58,079 nucleotides of DNA from Gammaproteobacteria bacterium. Its GTDB lineage: Bacteria; Pseudomonadota; Gammaproteobacteria; JABDGN01. How positions within the stretch are numbered: position 1 is the first letter of the stretch; each line of letters begins with the position of its first letter. The DNA is taken from assembly GCA_013285995.1 (NCBI GenBank), contig JABDGN010000005.1, positions 1-58,079 of the forward strand, read 5' to 3'. Below are positions 8,967 through 18,781 of this stretch, piece after piece. Below the pieces are notes generated by a model. It was not told where the DNA came from. It made no database searches and saw only the letters and a program-made list of their open reading frames with translations. The translations under genes were made by a program, and so were the position numbers.

Positions 8967-9703
8967 ATCATATACTGCCCACCATTAATCGCCAAATTAG
9001 CCCCGGTAATAAAGCCACTTTTTTCGCTAGCCAAAAAAGCAACTGCTGCAGCAATTTCAACAGGTTCTCCTAAACGTCCTACCGGAATTTGCGCCACAAT
9101 TTTTTCTAACACTTCAGGCTTCATTTTTTTCACCATTTCCGTTGCCGTGTAACCGGGCGAAATAGTATTGACGGTAATGCCTTTACGAGCAACTTCTTGT
9201 GCAAGCGCTTTGGTAAAGCCGTGCATGCCCGCCTTAGCAGTCGCATAATTACTTTGACCGAATTGACCTTTTTGCCCATTAATCGAAGAAATATTGATAA
9301 TGCGGCCATATTTATTTTCGATCATCTTTTCAATGAAATTGCGCGTAACATTGAAAACGCTATCTAAATTGGTACGTAACACATCATGCCACTGTTTCAA
9401 GTCCATTTTATGAAGTTGCGCATCTTGAGTGATGCCAGCATTATTAACCAGAATATCAACGTGGGAAAATTTTTTATAAATCCGTTCTGCTAATTTTTCG
9501 CAAGAAGCAAAATTTTCTACGTTAACGTGTTCGATGTGGAATTCATGGCCTTGTTCTTGTTGTTCCGCATGCCATTGTTTAGCTTTTTCTGCATCACGAT
9601 TATAAGCTGCGATGACAGTTGCACCTTCGTTGCTAAGTGCCTGACATATCGCTGTACCAATCCCACCCATGCCGCCCGTGACTAATGCAATTTTATTGTT
9701 CAT
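8963..9703 (-). CDS. phaB: acetoacetyl-CoA reductase (SDR)
   Basis: MNNKIALVTGGMGGIGTAI Rossmann motif, YATAKAG catalytic motif. GGAGAA RBS before the Met at 9703. The TAG stop lies inside the family-B repeat end. Confidence 0.85.
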   Translation of the reverse strand: MNNKIALVTGGMGGIGTAICQALSNEGATVIAAYNRDAEKAKQWHAEQQEQGHEFHIEHVNVENFASCEKLAERIYKKFSHVDILVNNAGITQDAQLHKMDLKQWHDVLRTNLDSVFNVTRNFIEKMIENKYGRIINISSINGQKGQFGQSNYATAKAGMHGFTKALAQEVARKGITVNTISPGYTATEMVKKMKPEVLEKIVAQIPVGRLGEPVEIAAAVAFLASEKSGFITGANLAINGGQYMM

Positions 9704-9793
9704 GATATTCTCCAAGAGTTGTGCATATTTTACTCTATTGTAAGTGCTTTTTCTAGTCTATACTCATTAAGATTTAAGTGAGGAAATTTTATA

Positions 9794-10963
9794 ATGGCGA
9801 CGAAAAAAATAATTCCGGCAACTAAACCGGCTGCTAAACAAAACTATGAGCGTATTGCTTGCGTGTTTCAAGGTGGCGGTGCCTTAGGGGCTTATCAAGT
9901 AGGCGCTTTTAAAGCTTTGCATGAGCATGGATATCATCCTAATTTTTTAGCGGGCGTTTCGATCGGCGCGATTAATGCCGCGATTGTAGCGGGTAATTCG
10001 CCTGATAAACAAATTGAGCGCTTAGAAGAATTTTGGAAAACCATTACACCATCAGCTTGGAGCGATTATCTGTATCATTTTGCTGATATCGACATGATTC
10101 ATCATTTCCACAATCGCATGGGTGCGACTAATTCACTGCTGTTTGGCCAGACGGGTTTTTTTGAACCGCGACTTACTAATCCTAATTTACTGGAAGGTGC
10201 AACCCCCGATCAACTCAGTTATTATGATACCTCACCTCTGCGAGAAACATTGACTCGCTTAATTGATTTTGATCGAATCAACTCTCGTGAAGTGACTTTA
10301 AGTTTAGGTGCGGTGAATATCACCAAAGGCGAATTGGTATATTTCAATAATCAGGAAACTAAAATTACCGTCGATCACGTGATGGCCAGCGGTGCACTAC
10401 CGCCTGCTTTCCCTGCGGTTAAAATTGGTGATGATTATTTTTGGGATGGTGGTATCTATGGAAATACACCTTTGCTTGCGGTATTAGACGCACTGCCATT
10501 GGCGGATACTTTATGCTTTATGATCGATTGCTTTAATTTGAAAGGCCCTTTGCCAACCACGATGGATCAAATTGAGGAACGGCAAAAAGATATTAAATAC
10601 GGCAGTCACTCGCGTCGTAATACCTCTTTACACAACACCCGACAAAACTTGCAAGCAGCCATTGCTTTCTTGGGTGAAAAATTAAGCCCCGAAGCGAAAA
10701 AAGATCCCGATGTGAAACGAATTTTAGAATTAGGTAACGAGAAAAAATTTAGTCTCGTCCACATTATTTATCAATCAACAGGATTTTCACATTCTTTTAA
10801 AGATTATAATTTTGCACGCGCCATTGTGTTGCGGCGCTTTAAACACGGCTATCGCGACGCCTGTGCGGTGCTGGAAAATCCTCAATGGGAAAAAGAATCA
10901 CATACAACACTGGCAGATTCTATTTATGGTCTGCCGGATTCGTATTACCAAAAGAATAGGTAG
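9794..10963 (+). CDS. patatin-like phospholipase
   Basis: GGGALGAYQVG oxyanion motif, GVSIGA nucleophile elbow, DGG near aa 215. GAGGAA RBS. Confidence 0.8.
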   Translation: MATKKIIPATKPAAKQNYERIACVFQGGGALGAYQVGAFKALHEHGYHPNFLAGVSIGAINAAIVAGNSPDKQIERLEEFWKTITPSAWSDYLYHFADIDMIHHFHNRMGATNSLLFGQTGFFEPRLTNPNLLEGATPDQLSYYDTSPLRETLTRLIDFDRINSREVTLSLGAVNITKGELVYFNNQETKITVDHVMASGALPPAFPAVKIGDDYFWDGGIYGNTPLLAVLDALPLADTLCFMIDCFNLKGPLPTTMDQIEERQKDIKYGSHSRRNTSLHNTRQNLQAAIAFLGEKLSPEAKKDPDVKRILELGNEKKFSLVHIIYQSTGFSHSFKDYNFARAIVLRRFKHGYRDACAVLENPQWEKESHTTLADSIYGLPDSYYQKNR

Positions 10964-11035
10964 TTTTATCATCCCGGAAATCATCCGCGTTTTCATGGGG
11001 ACGGGCTGCGTGATTATTAGGTAGTTGTTTTTACC

Positions 11036-11117
11036 GTCATTCCCGCGAAGGCGGGAATCCAGGCTAAATTAAGTTGAGCCTGGATCCCGGATATTTTCTA
11101 CGAAAATTCCGGGATGA
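11036..11117. repeat. Family-A composite palindromic element
   Basis: gtcattcccgcgaaggcgggaatccaggc taaattaagttga gcctggatcccggatattttctacgaaaattccgggatgac. Confidence 0.85.
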
Positions 11118-11151
11118 CGAAATTAAATATATAACATTCGAGGAGAAAAAA

Positions 11152-11943
11152 ATGAGCCGTTTCAACATTGAAAATAAAGTCGCCATCGTAACCGGCGCGG
11201 GCAGTGGCATTGGTGAAGGCATTGCGAAAACTTATTCGCAAGCCGGTGCCAAAGTGGTGATTGCTGATATGAATCAAGCCGGTGCTGATCGCGTGGTGAA
11301 TGAAATCAAACAAGCGGGTGGCGAAGCCATTGCGGTGATGATGGATGTCACTAATGAAGATCAAGTTAACGCCGGTGTGGCAAAAACTGTCAGCACTTTT
11401 GGTGGCGTCGACATTTTGGTGAGCAATGCCGGTATTCAACACATTGATGCAGTAGACGAGCTAGATTTAGCCAATTGGCAAAAGATGCTTGCGATCCATC
11501 AAACCGGTGCATTCTTAACGACTAAAGCTTGTTTAAAAGAAATGTATAAAAATAATAAAGGTGGCAGCATTATTTATATGGGTTCGGTGCATTCAAAAGA
11601 AGCATCCAAATTAAAAGCGCCTTATGTGACTTCGAAACATGGTTTATTAGGTTTGTGTCGCGTGGTTGCCAAAGAAGGTGCAGAGCATAATGTGCGAGCC
11701 AATGTGATTTGCCCGGGTTTTGTGCGCACGCCACTGGTTGATAAACAAATTCCTGAACAAGCGAAAACCTTAGGTATTAGCGAACAAGAAGTGATAAAAA
11801 AAGTCATGTTAGGCGAAACCGTTGATGGTGAATTTACTACGATTCAAGATGTTGCGGATGTGGCTTTATTTTTTGCTGGATTCGAAACTAAGGCGTTGAC
11901 GGGACAATCGCTGATTGTGAGCCATGGTTGGTTTATAGAGTAA
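11152..11943 (+). CDS. bdhA: 3-hydroxybutyrate dehydrogenase (SDR)
   Basis: [41 protein letters not shown] before ATG 11152. The upstream part of ORF 11074 is translated repeat sequence. Confidence 0.85.
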   Translation: MSRFNIENKVAIVTGAGSGIGEGIAKTYSQAGAKVVIADMNQAGADRVVNEIKQAGGEAIAVMMDVTNEDQVNAGVAKTVSTFGGVDILVSNAGIQHIDAVDELDLANWQKMLAIHQTGAFLTTKACLKEMYKNNKGGSIIYMGSVHSKEASKLKAPYVTSKHGLLGLCRVVAKEGAEHNVRANVICPGFVRTPLVDKQIPEQAKTLGISEQEVIKKVMLGETVDGEFTTIQDVADVALFFAGFETKALTGQSLIVSHGWFIE

Positions 11944-11964
11944 TCCTGGCAAATGCAGTTGAAT

Positions 11965-13998
11965 CTATATAATGCGAGGCAGCTCCACGATCATGTATTG
12001 GTTTTCTAGTTTGTAGAAACGTACATTCGAAGAAAAAAAGATAACAATTTTGCCGTTATTGAGAAATTGAATTTCTTTATTAAAGTCTGGCAACGCAAGC
12101 CATGCATGCTCGATAGAAAAGATTTTTATTGGCGAATAATCAGTACAGTCTAGCAACGTAATCTCAATTTTTTTCTGCATTATTTCGACAACTACTAAGA
12201 AATTCTCTGCTGGTTCAACCTGACAGTAGAAACCGGTGGAGATGCTAGATTTTCTGCGGTAATTAGCGATAAAGCTTCTTTTTTCTAGGTCATAGATGCT
12301 AATAGTATATTGAGTGGTAAGATATAATTGATTATGTTTATGGTTCTTTCTGAGCCTCTCAAAATTTCTCTGGGAATATATTGGCTGTTGCCCACTATAA
12401 TTTAGAAGTTCCTCTTCTTCCTGATTTTCAAGCGTCACGCGCCTTACCCAACAAGGTTCATATAAGGGGTCCCATTTTAGATCAATATATCCCGTCATCA
12501 CAATAGTGGATGAGTCGGACCCAGCGAAGGTAATATCAGTAATTGGAAAAGTTAGATTTTTAAAATCAGGTAGTCCAGGAGGGGAGCTGAAGGGAAACGT
12601 TTTGGGAGATGTGGTTGAGGTAAAAAGAGAAACATAAGAATTTTCTTGTTTTTTAAATACTGAGAAGGATTGCTTTCTCCAGGCTATCAAATATTTACCT
12701 TCTGGGGAAAATATACAGTCACAAAATTCTGAGGAACCGTCAGAGAGTGTAGGGCCAAGATATTGGGTTGTGGAGGCTCCGTTTTCTAAAGACCATAATA
12801 ACAACATGTGAGCGCGTTGGTCGGGAGCAGAATGGTCCCAGTCCGGTTCACGGTTAAGTAACAAAACGATACTCATACTATTGTTGTGCACGAATAATGA
12901 CAATTTTCTTGGTGAGTGTCGGTTTGGTATCAATTGATTCTGTGTTACCAATTGTCCAGTTTCCAAATTATGGATATAAACACATCCTGTGTCTGGATAA
13001 AAAACAGCACTGTGATTACTATAGCGACAAAAAGCAATTTTACAAGCAGAATTTAAAGAAAGGGTGTGACCTGATCGATCTAGCTCTGATAGGCCCTGCA
13101 AAATTTTTTTTTTGGCCACTAATGGAAACCGGGGGGAAAAGTGATGTCGCATATCTTCTAATCTGGGTTTGATTGATGACGTATTAGAAATTGACTGTTC
13201 TAAAACAAAGCCAGCAGCAAGACCAGGAGCCAATACCCTTCGCATTGTATACAAATCGTGCCACGATAAATATGACAATATGTGTGACAATATTTCCCCA
13301 GGCAGCGATAATAAATTTGGAGTAGGGTTTCGTGTGAACTGATAAAAATTATGATAAAGCGCTTGTAGTTTGCGTTGTATTGTGTTTCCAGAGAAAAATC
13401 GTTGTGGCAACGTAGATGTAACAAGAGCATATTGCTCCAGGCTACATTGATTTTGAAAAAAATTTTCGATACTGGCTAGCTGTTCGCGGGTACTTAATTT
13501 ACGAGAATAGTAAATTTTATGCAAGGTTAGAATTATTTCTTTAAGCTGCTTTTCGCGTTTTTTAGGGGCTGGAACAGCCAACAAAGGATCTAAGCTTTTC
13601 TTTTGTAAAGAAGATACTGTTTGAAAACAAAGCGTAGCTGTGTGTAGAAAATTATAATAATTGTAAAATTCAGTTAGCTCAAATAAGAGTTGTTTTAAGT
13701 TGCTAACGCGGTGTGAAATTATTTTTATTGTTTTTATCAATTTTTCAAAAGTTTTCAGAGTATCACTAATAAACGCTTCGATGTCAATATCAGGTGATGA
13801 TGGTAAAGAGTTTGGCAAGAAAATAGTTGCAGGCTGTACAAAGCGAGAAAATTTTCTTCTCAACCCCTCTAAGTTTTCTTGAAACTCTGTTTTACCTTCT
13901 TCTGATCGAATATGTGGCAAGATAAAAGACGAGCGCGAGAACAAGATTTCGTAACAAGATGCCGCGTCCTGGCGAAAATTTTGATAGTAAGGGAACAT
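11965..13998 (-). CDS. F-box domain protein with WD40-like C-terminal region, 677 aa
   Basis: LPGEILSHILSYLSWHDLYTMRRVLAP matches the F-box consensus (LPxEIL..I..L...DL). AT-rich orphan lying between bdhA and phaC. Confidence 0.7.
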   Translation of the reverse strand: MFPYYQNFRQDAASCYEILFSRSSFILPHIRSEEGKTEFQENLEGLRRKFSRFVQPATIFLPNSLPSSPDIDIEAFISDTLKTFEKLIKTIKIISHRVSNLKQLLFELTEFYNYYNFLHTATLCFQTVSSLQKKSLDPLLAVPAPKKREKQLKEIILTLHKIYYSRKLSTREQLASIENFFQNQCSLEQYALVTSTLPQRFFSGNTIQRKLQALYHNFYQFTRNPTPNLLSLPGEILSHILSYLSWHDLYTMRRVLAPGLAAGFVLEQSISNTSSIKPRLEDMRHHFSPRFPLVAKKKILQGLSELDRSGHTLSLNSACKIAFCRYSNHSAVFYPDTGCVYIHNLETGQLVTQNQLIPNRHSPRKLSLFVHNNSMSIVLLLNREPDWDHSAPDQRAHMLLLWSLENGASTTQYLGPTLSDGSSEFCDCIFSPEGKYLIAWRKQSFSVFKKQENSYVSLFTSTTSPKTFPFSSPPGLPDFKNLTFPITDITFAGSDSSTIVMTGYIDLKWDPLYEPCWVRRVTLENQEEEELLNYSGQQPIYSQRNFERLRKNHKHNQLYLTTQYTISIYDLEKRSFIANYRRKSSISTGFYCQVEPAENFLVVVEIMQKKIEITLLDCTDYSPIKIFSIEHAWLALPDFNKEIQFLNNGKIVIFFSSNVRFYKLENQYMIVELPRII

Positions 13999-14052
13999 GA
14001 TGGTTATTGTTTTTAATATATCAATTGGCGATTAAGGAATTTAGAGTAAGTC

Positions 14053-15756
14053 CTAATACAAGTTTTTTAATTTTACATAGTTGCCTGGTGCCGTTTCAAT
14101 TTCTGGCAACGACTTTTTTAGCGCTTGCTTTACTGGCAGTTTTTTGCCAGATAAATAACTCAACCAGGCTTCCCAATCTTTCCACCAGGAGCCAGGTTCT
14201 TGTATGGCTCGGTTGAACCATTGCTCGGCTTTCATTGGCTTACCGGTGTAGGTCCAATAACCATACTTATCGGAATGCGCCGGATTAATCACACCCGCTA
14301 CATGGCCAGAACCCGTTAACACAAAACGATTGTTTTTATTTTTCAATAAGCGAAAACTTTTGTAAGCACCGGTCCACGGCACAATATGATCTTCACGCGC
14401 GGCTAAAAAATAAGTGGGTGTGTCAATACGACTTAAATCTAAAGTCGTATTGAGTAATTTAAGAGAGCCTTGCATGAGCTTATTATTTAAATACATTTCC
14501 CGCAGATAAAAACTGTGGACGGGTGCAGGAATATTGGTGGCATCGGCATTCCAATACAATAAATCTAAAGAAGCCGGCGCCTCGCCTTTTAAATAGCTGC
14601 GAATGTAAGCCGGCCAAATTAAATCGTTAGCACGCAGAGAATTAAAAATACCCGCCATCACGTGGCCTGACAGATAACCTTTATCCTGTATGAAGGTTTC
14701 AAAAAATTTTAAACTGTTTTCATCTAACAAATTACCTAAAATACCGGCATCGGTAAAATCTAAAAGGGTGGTTAAATAAGTGCCCGTAGCAATGCTGTCA
14801 TCGCCTTTGGCGCTTAAATAGGCTTGGGCGCAGGCTAATAAAGCTCCACCCACGCAATAACCCATCACGTTCACTTGCTTATCGCGCGTGATTTGCCGAA
14901 TGGTTTTTATAGCAGCTAGCGCGCCTTCTTGTAAATAATCCGCAAAGGTTTTGGCGCATTGTTCTTTGCTAGCAGGATTAACCCAGGAAACCATAAACAC
15001 TAAGTAACCTTGATCAACAAAGTATTTCACCATCGAATTGTGTGCTTGCAAATCGAGAATATAATATTTATTGATCCAAGGCGGAATGATCAACAAAGGA
15101 CGTTCATAAATCGTTTTAGTCGTCGGCGTATATTGAATCAGCTGCATGATTTCATTTTGAAAAATAACGTTGCCAGGTGTTAGCGCCACATTTTTTCCAA
15201 CCTTAAAAGCCGCTTCATCGATCATGCGGGGAGTGAAAATATTTTTGCCTTGCGAAATATCTTCGATCCAATTTTGATAGCCTTTTACTAAAGTTTCACC
15301 GGAACTTTGCAATAAGTTTTGCAACACTTCAGGATTGGTCGGCGCAAAATTAGTGGGCGCCAGCGCATCGAGCCAAAAGTTTAAATAATAATGCAATTGT
15401 TCTGAGAGTTTTTGATTACCGGCAGTTTGGGTGGCCAGCATTTTATTTGCTGCTTCTTCAGTGATTTGCCGGGTTAATAAATACGCCTGCTTAACGGCGG
15501 CAAAAAACGCATTATTTTCCCAATCGGGGTGGCGAAAACGTTTATCAGTTAAAGTTTTAGTAGCGGCTAAAATGTCTTGGCTGGAAGTTGACTGAAGTTT
15601 TTCTTGTGCATTGAGAAGGCTGTGTTGAAACTGAGTTAAATTCTGCAGGGCAAGCCGACTAAAGCCAGCGACAGTCTCCGTCATGGCTGTTAAAAAGTCA
15701 GTAGGGGACTCACTTTTTGTAGTCGATTCTTTAGGATGTGTTTTTTTTGGTTTCAT
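14053..15756 (-). CDS. phaC: class I poly(3-hydroxyalkanoate) synthase
   Basis: 567 aa with the GYCVGG lipase box and PhaC-typical blocks (WNADATN, FVLTGSGHVAGVINP). Confidence 0.9.
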   Translation of the reverse strand: MKPKKTHPKESTTKSESPTDFLTAMTETVAGFSRLALQNLTQFQHSLLNAQEKLQSTSSQDILAATKTLTDKRFRHPDWENNAFFAAVKQAYLLTRQITEEAANKMLATQTAGNQKLSEQLHYYLNFWLDALAPTNFAPTNPEVLQNLLQSSGETLVKGYQNWIEDISQGKNIFTPRMIDEAAFKVGKNVALTPGNVIFQNEIMQLIQYTPTTKTIYERPLLIIPPWINKYYILDLQAHNSMVKYFVDQGYLVFMVSWVNPASKEQCAKTFADYLQEGALAAIKTIRQITRDKQVNVMGYCVGGALLACAQAYLSAKGDDSIATGTYLTTLLDFTDAGILGNLLDENSLKFFETFIQDKGYLSGHVMAGIFNSLRANDLIWPAYIRSYLKGEAPASLDLLYWNADATNIPAPVHSFYLREMYLNNKLMQGSLKLLNTTLDLSRIDTPTYFLAAREDHIVPWTGAYKSFRLLKNKNNRFVLTGSGHVAGVINPAHSDKYGYWTYTGKPMKAEQWFNRAIQEPGSWWKDWEAWLSYLSGKKLPVKQALKKSLPEIETAPGNYVKLKNLY

Positions 15757-15765
15757 TTTATTTTA

Positions 15766-16098
15766 TTATGATTTTTTAGGAGTAACACTCCAATTTGCCA
15801 AATCTTGGGTCAGCATGGTCGTAAAACGCTGCGAATTAAACATCATTTTAGTGCCCAGTTCGGTCACTAATTGCGAATTGAGTAAGCTTATTTCTTCGGG
15901 TGATTTGACTTTATTGAGCTTGCGCAAGTAATCCATATTGCAACTTACAATATCGTTTAATACTTCGAGATTTTGCTCGGTATAACGGCGAATTAGCTCC
16001 GCCATCGCTTTGTTTTCGTGGGCATCTGGTTTGGCCTCGAGGCTGGGGAAAGATTTGACTAATTCAGCCCATTTTTCCATGAAATCTTGATATTGCAT
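15766..16098 (-). CDS. small helical protein co-transcribed with phaC (phasin-like, putative)
   Basis: The Met at 16098 is preceded by GGAG. The gene ends 9 nt before phaC. The upstream part of ORF 16155 is GC-rich repeat sequence. Confidence 0.45.
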   Translation of the reverse strand: MQYQDFMEKWAELVKSFPSLEAKPDAHENKAMAELIRRYTEQNLEVLNDIVSCNMDYLRKLNKVKSPEEISLLNSQLVTELGTKMMFNSQRFTTMLTQDLANWSVTPKKS

Positions 16099-16118
16099 AG
16101 CGGGACTCCAAGCTAACT

Positions 16119-16168
16119 GTAGGGGCCGTTCGCGAACGGCCCGCGGGCGGCTCACGAGCCGCCCCTAC
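16119..16168. repeat. GC-rich double hairpin bracketed by GTAGGGGC/GCCCCTAC (family-B variant)
   Basis: ggccgttcgcgaacggcc perfect palindrome plus gggcggctc-ac-gagccgccc. A related module occurs at 48255-48275. Confidence 0.6.
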
Positions 16169-16205
16169 AAAAATTAATAATCATCGATGAAAATTATAGC
16201 ACGGC

Positions 16206-16239
16206 TTGATAGAAGATAGATTTAGGACTAAAATACTCC
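16206..16239 (+). promoter_or_regulatory. candidate promoter TTGATA-17-TAAAAT overlapped by the imperfect palindrome GGACTAAAATACTCC
   Basis: TTGATA 16206-16211, TAAAAT 16229-16234, palindrome 16225-16239 directly upstream of the Rrf2 gene. Possible autoregulatory operator. Confidence 0.3.
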
Positions 16240-16261
16240 CATATAAAAGCCTAGGTAGTTT

Positions 16262-16711
16262 ATGCTGAAAATTAGCAAATTAGCGGATTATGCGATAGTC
16301 ATCATGCAAGCCATTGCGGCCGAGCGGGAAGAGCTATTTTCCGCTAGCAAGTTAGCTGAGCGTACGCATATTGCTGAGCCGACGGTCAGTAAATTGCTGA
16401 AAACCCTCACTCAAAAAAAACTCCTTCAATCACAGCGGGGTGCGCAGGGTGGCTATAGTTTGGCACATTTAGCCGAACAAATTAACCTCGCGCAAATTAT
16501 TGCCGCGATTGATGGTGAAATTGCTTTGACGGAGTGCGACCAAAAAGACAGTTGCTGCCAGGTAGAAAAAAGTTGTCAGGTGAGTAAAAATTGGCGGCAA
16601 ATTAGTAGTGCATTGCGCGATGTATTGACGGAAATTTCCTTAGCACAGATGCAGCAGCCCATTACGACGGATGTGATTAAGGTAAAATTTAAAGAGAAAT
16701 TAAAGCGTTAA
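16262..16711 (+). CDS. Rrf2-family (SUF-type) Fe-S assembly transcriptional regulator
   Basis: N-terminal wHTH (MLKISKLADYAIVIM...) and Cys cluster ECDQKDSCCQVEKSC. Located upstream of sufB. Confidence 0.8.
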   Translation: MLKISKLADYAIVIMQAIAAEREELFSASKLAERTHIAEPTVSKLLKTLTQKKLLQSQRGAQGGYSLAHLAEQINLAQIIAAIDGEIALTECDQKDSCCQVEKSCQVSKNWRQISSALRDVLTEISLAQMQQPITTDVIKVKFKEKLKR

Positions 16712-16808
16712 ATCCCCCCTGCCCCCCTTTGTTAAAGGGGGGATTGTTTCGCTTAAATTATCGGAGGGATCTCCCCCTTTGAAAAAGGGGGATTAAGGGG
16801 GATTTTTA
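16712..16808 (+). promoter_or_regulatory. two C6/G6 stem-loops between the regulator and sufB, the second adjacent to the sufB RBS
   Basis: cccccctttgttaaagggggg and tccccctttgaaaaaggggga, followed by aagggggatttttatATG. Confidence 0.4.
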
Positions 16809-16809
16809 T

Positions 16810-18258
16810 ATGACCAAACAAAGCAACCTCAGCAAACTCATCAACCAAGACTATGAGCATGGTTTTGAAACCCTCATCGAGTCCGATACCTTTGCGCCCG
16901 GTTTAAATGAAGCTGTTGTCCGCGCCATTTCTGCCAAAAAGAATGAGCCAGACTTTATGCTGCAATGGCGGCTAAAAGCCTATCGCCATTGGTTGACGAT
17001 GAGCGAGCCACATTGGTCGCATGCACATTATGAACCGATCGATTACCAAGCGATTTGTTATTTTTCTGCGCCGAAGAAAAAACCAAAAAGTTTAAATGAA
17101 ATTGATCCGGAAGTATTAAAGACTTATGAAAAGTTAGGCATTCCCATTAAAGAGCAAGAAGTGTTAGCCGGTGTGTCGAACCAAGTGGCTGTCGATGCTG
17201 TGTTTGACAGTGTCTCCGTTGCGACTACCTTTCGCGAAACCTTAAGCAAGCAAGGCATTATTTTTTGTTCGTTTTCGGAAGCCGTGCAACATCATCCGGA
17301 ACTCATTCAGCAATATCTGGGCACCGTTGTTTCGTCGACCGATAATTTTTATGCGGCACTCAATGCAGCTGTATTTAGTGATGGTTCTTTCGTTTATATT
17401 CCCAAAGGCGTGCGTTGCCCGATGGAGCTTTCGACGTATTTTCGTATCAACGCCATGAACACCGGGCAATTCGAGCGCACGCTGATTATTGCCGATGCAG
17501 GCGCGTACGTTAGTTATCTCGAAGGTTGCACTGCGCCGCAGCGCGATGAAAATCAATTGCACGCTGCCGTCGTTGAACTCATTGCCTTAGATAACGCGCA
17601 AATTAAATATTCCACCGTGCAAAACTGGTACCCAGGCGATAAAAACGGCAAAGGCGGTATTTATAATTTTGTCACCAAACGCGGTGCGTGTCGTGGTGTC
17701 AATTCGAAAATTTCTTGGACTCAAGTGGAAACCGGTTCGGCGATCACGTGGAAATATCCCAGCGTGATTTTGCAAGGGGATAACAGCATCGGCGAATTTT
17801 ATTCGGTGGCACTCACCAACAATAAACAGCAAGCCGATACTGGCACCAAAATGATTCATATCGGCAAAAATACCAAGAGTACGATTATCTCCAAAGGCAT
17901 TGCCGCAGGAGAGGGGCAAAATGCTTATCGCGGTTTGGTGCGCATTATGCGCGGTGCGCAGAACGCGCGTAATTATACGCAATGCGATTCGATGCTAATC
18001 GGCGATCGTTGTGGCGCGCATACTTTCCCTTACATCGAAATTAAAAATAAAACGGCGCATGTGGAGCATGAAGCGTCGACTTCTAAAATCAGCGAAGATC
18101 AATTATTTTATTGTTTGCAACGTGGTTTGAGTGAAGAAGATGCGGTCTCAATGATCGTCAACGGTTTTTGCAAAGCGGTAATGAAAGAATTGCCGATGGA
18201 GTTTGCGGTGGAAGCGCAGAAATTATTGGGCATTAGTTTAGAAAATGCGGTGGGATAG
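16810..18258 (+). CDS. sufB: Fe-S cluster assembly protein SufB
   Basis: 482 aa with highly conserved SufB blocks ([36 protein letters not shown]). Confidence 0.9.
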   Translation: MTKQSNLSKLINQDYEHGFETLIESDTFAPGLNEAVVRAISAKKNEPDFMLQWRLKAYRHWLTMSEPHWSHAHYEPIDYQAICYFSAPKKKPKSLNEIDPEVLKTYEKLGIPIKEQEVLAGVSNQVAVDAVFDSVSVATTFRETLSKQGIIFCSFSEAVQHHPELIQQYLGTVVSSTDNFYAALNAAVFSDGSFVYIPKGVRCPMELSTYFRINAMNTGQFERTLIIADAGAYVSYLEGCTAPQRDENQLHAAVVELIALDNAQIKYSTVQNWYPGDKNGKGGIYNFVTKRGACRGVNSKISWTQVETGSAITWKYPSVILQGDNSIGEFYSVALTNNKQQADTGTKMIHIGKNTKSTIISKGIAAGEGQNAYRGLVRIMRGAQNARNYTQCDSMLIGDRCGAHTFPYIEIKNKTAHVEHEASTSKISEDQLFYCLQRGLSEEDAVSMIVNGFCKAVMKELPMEFAVEAQKLLGISLENAVG

Positions 18259-18268
18259 GGTAGCGTCT

Positions 18269-18339
18269 GTCATTCCCGTGAAAGCGGGAATCCAGGCTTT
18301 TCTTAAATATTTCTGGATCCCCGCTTTCGCGGGGATGAC
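18269..18339. repeat. Family-A palindromic element
   Basis: gtcattcccgtgaaagcgggaatccaggc ... ctggatccccgctttcgcggggatgac. Confidence 0.85.
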
Positions 18340-18370
18340 ACGTAGCTAAATTTAACAAAGGCTGTAGAGT

Positions 18371-18613
18371 ATGACAACAACTGGATCAACTGCCAAACTA
18401 CGCTTCCTCTGCCGCCGTGGCATGAAAGAGACCGAAGAAATTTTGCAAATTTTTTTTGATGAGCATTACGAGAAATTATCGCCTGAATTGCAAGCCGATT
18501 TTGCCGCTTTGCTCGATTGCGAAGATCCTGAGTTATGGGATTGGTTGATCGTTAAAACGCAAACAGAACCAGACCAGCTTAAAAATATTTTAGCTGAAAT
18601 AAATAAAGATTAA
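18371..18613 (+). CDS. sdhE: FAD assembly factor SdhE (YgfY/CptB)
   Basis: 80 aa. LRFLCRRGMKETEEIL...LLDCEDPELWDWL is the SdhE signature. Confidence 0.8.
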   Translation: MTTTGSTAKLRFLCRRGMKETEEILQIFFDEHYEKLSPELQADFAALLDCEDPELWDWLIVKTQTEPDQLKNILAEINKD

Positions 18614-18614
18614 T

Positions 18615-18754
18615 GTCATTCCCGCGTAGAGGCGTAGGTCGGCTTCGAAGCATGCGTTAGCATGCGCACAAGCCGACGCCAAATGTCGGCTTGCTCGCTT
18701 CGTTTAAGACGAAGCTCGGGAAACCGACCTACATTCCGCCTACGCGGGGATGAC
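18615..18754. repeat. Family-B element (18634-18732) nested inside the loop of a family-A hairpin
   Basis: gtcattcccgcgtagaggc [gtaggtcggctt...accgacctac] attccgcctacgcggggatgac. Confidence 0.8.
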
Positions 18755-18781
18755 ACAAAGCAAAGTGTAGACAAAAACCTA

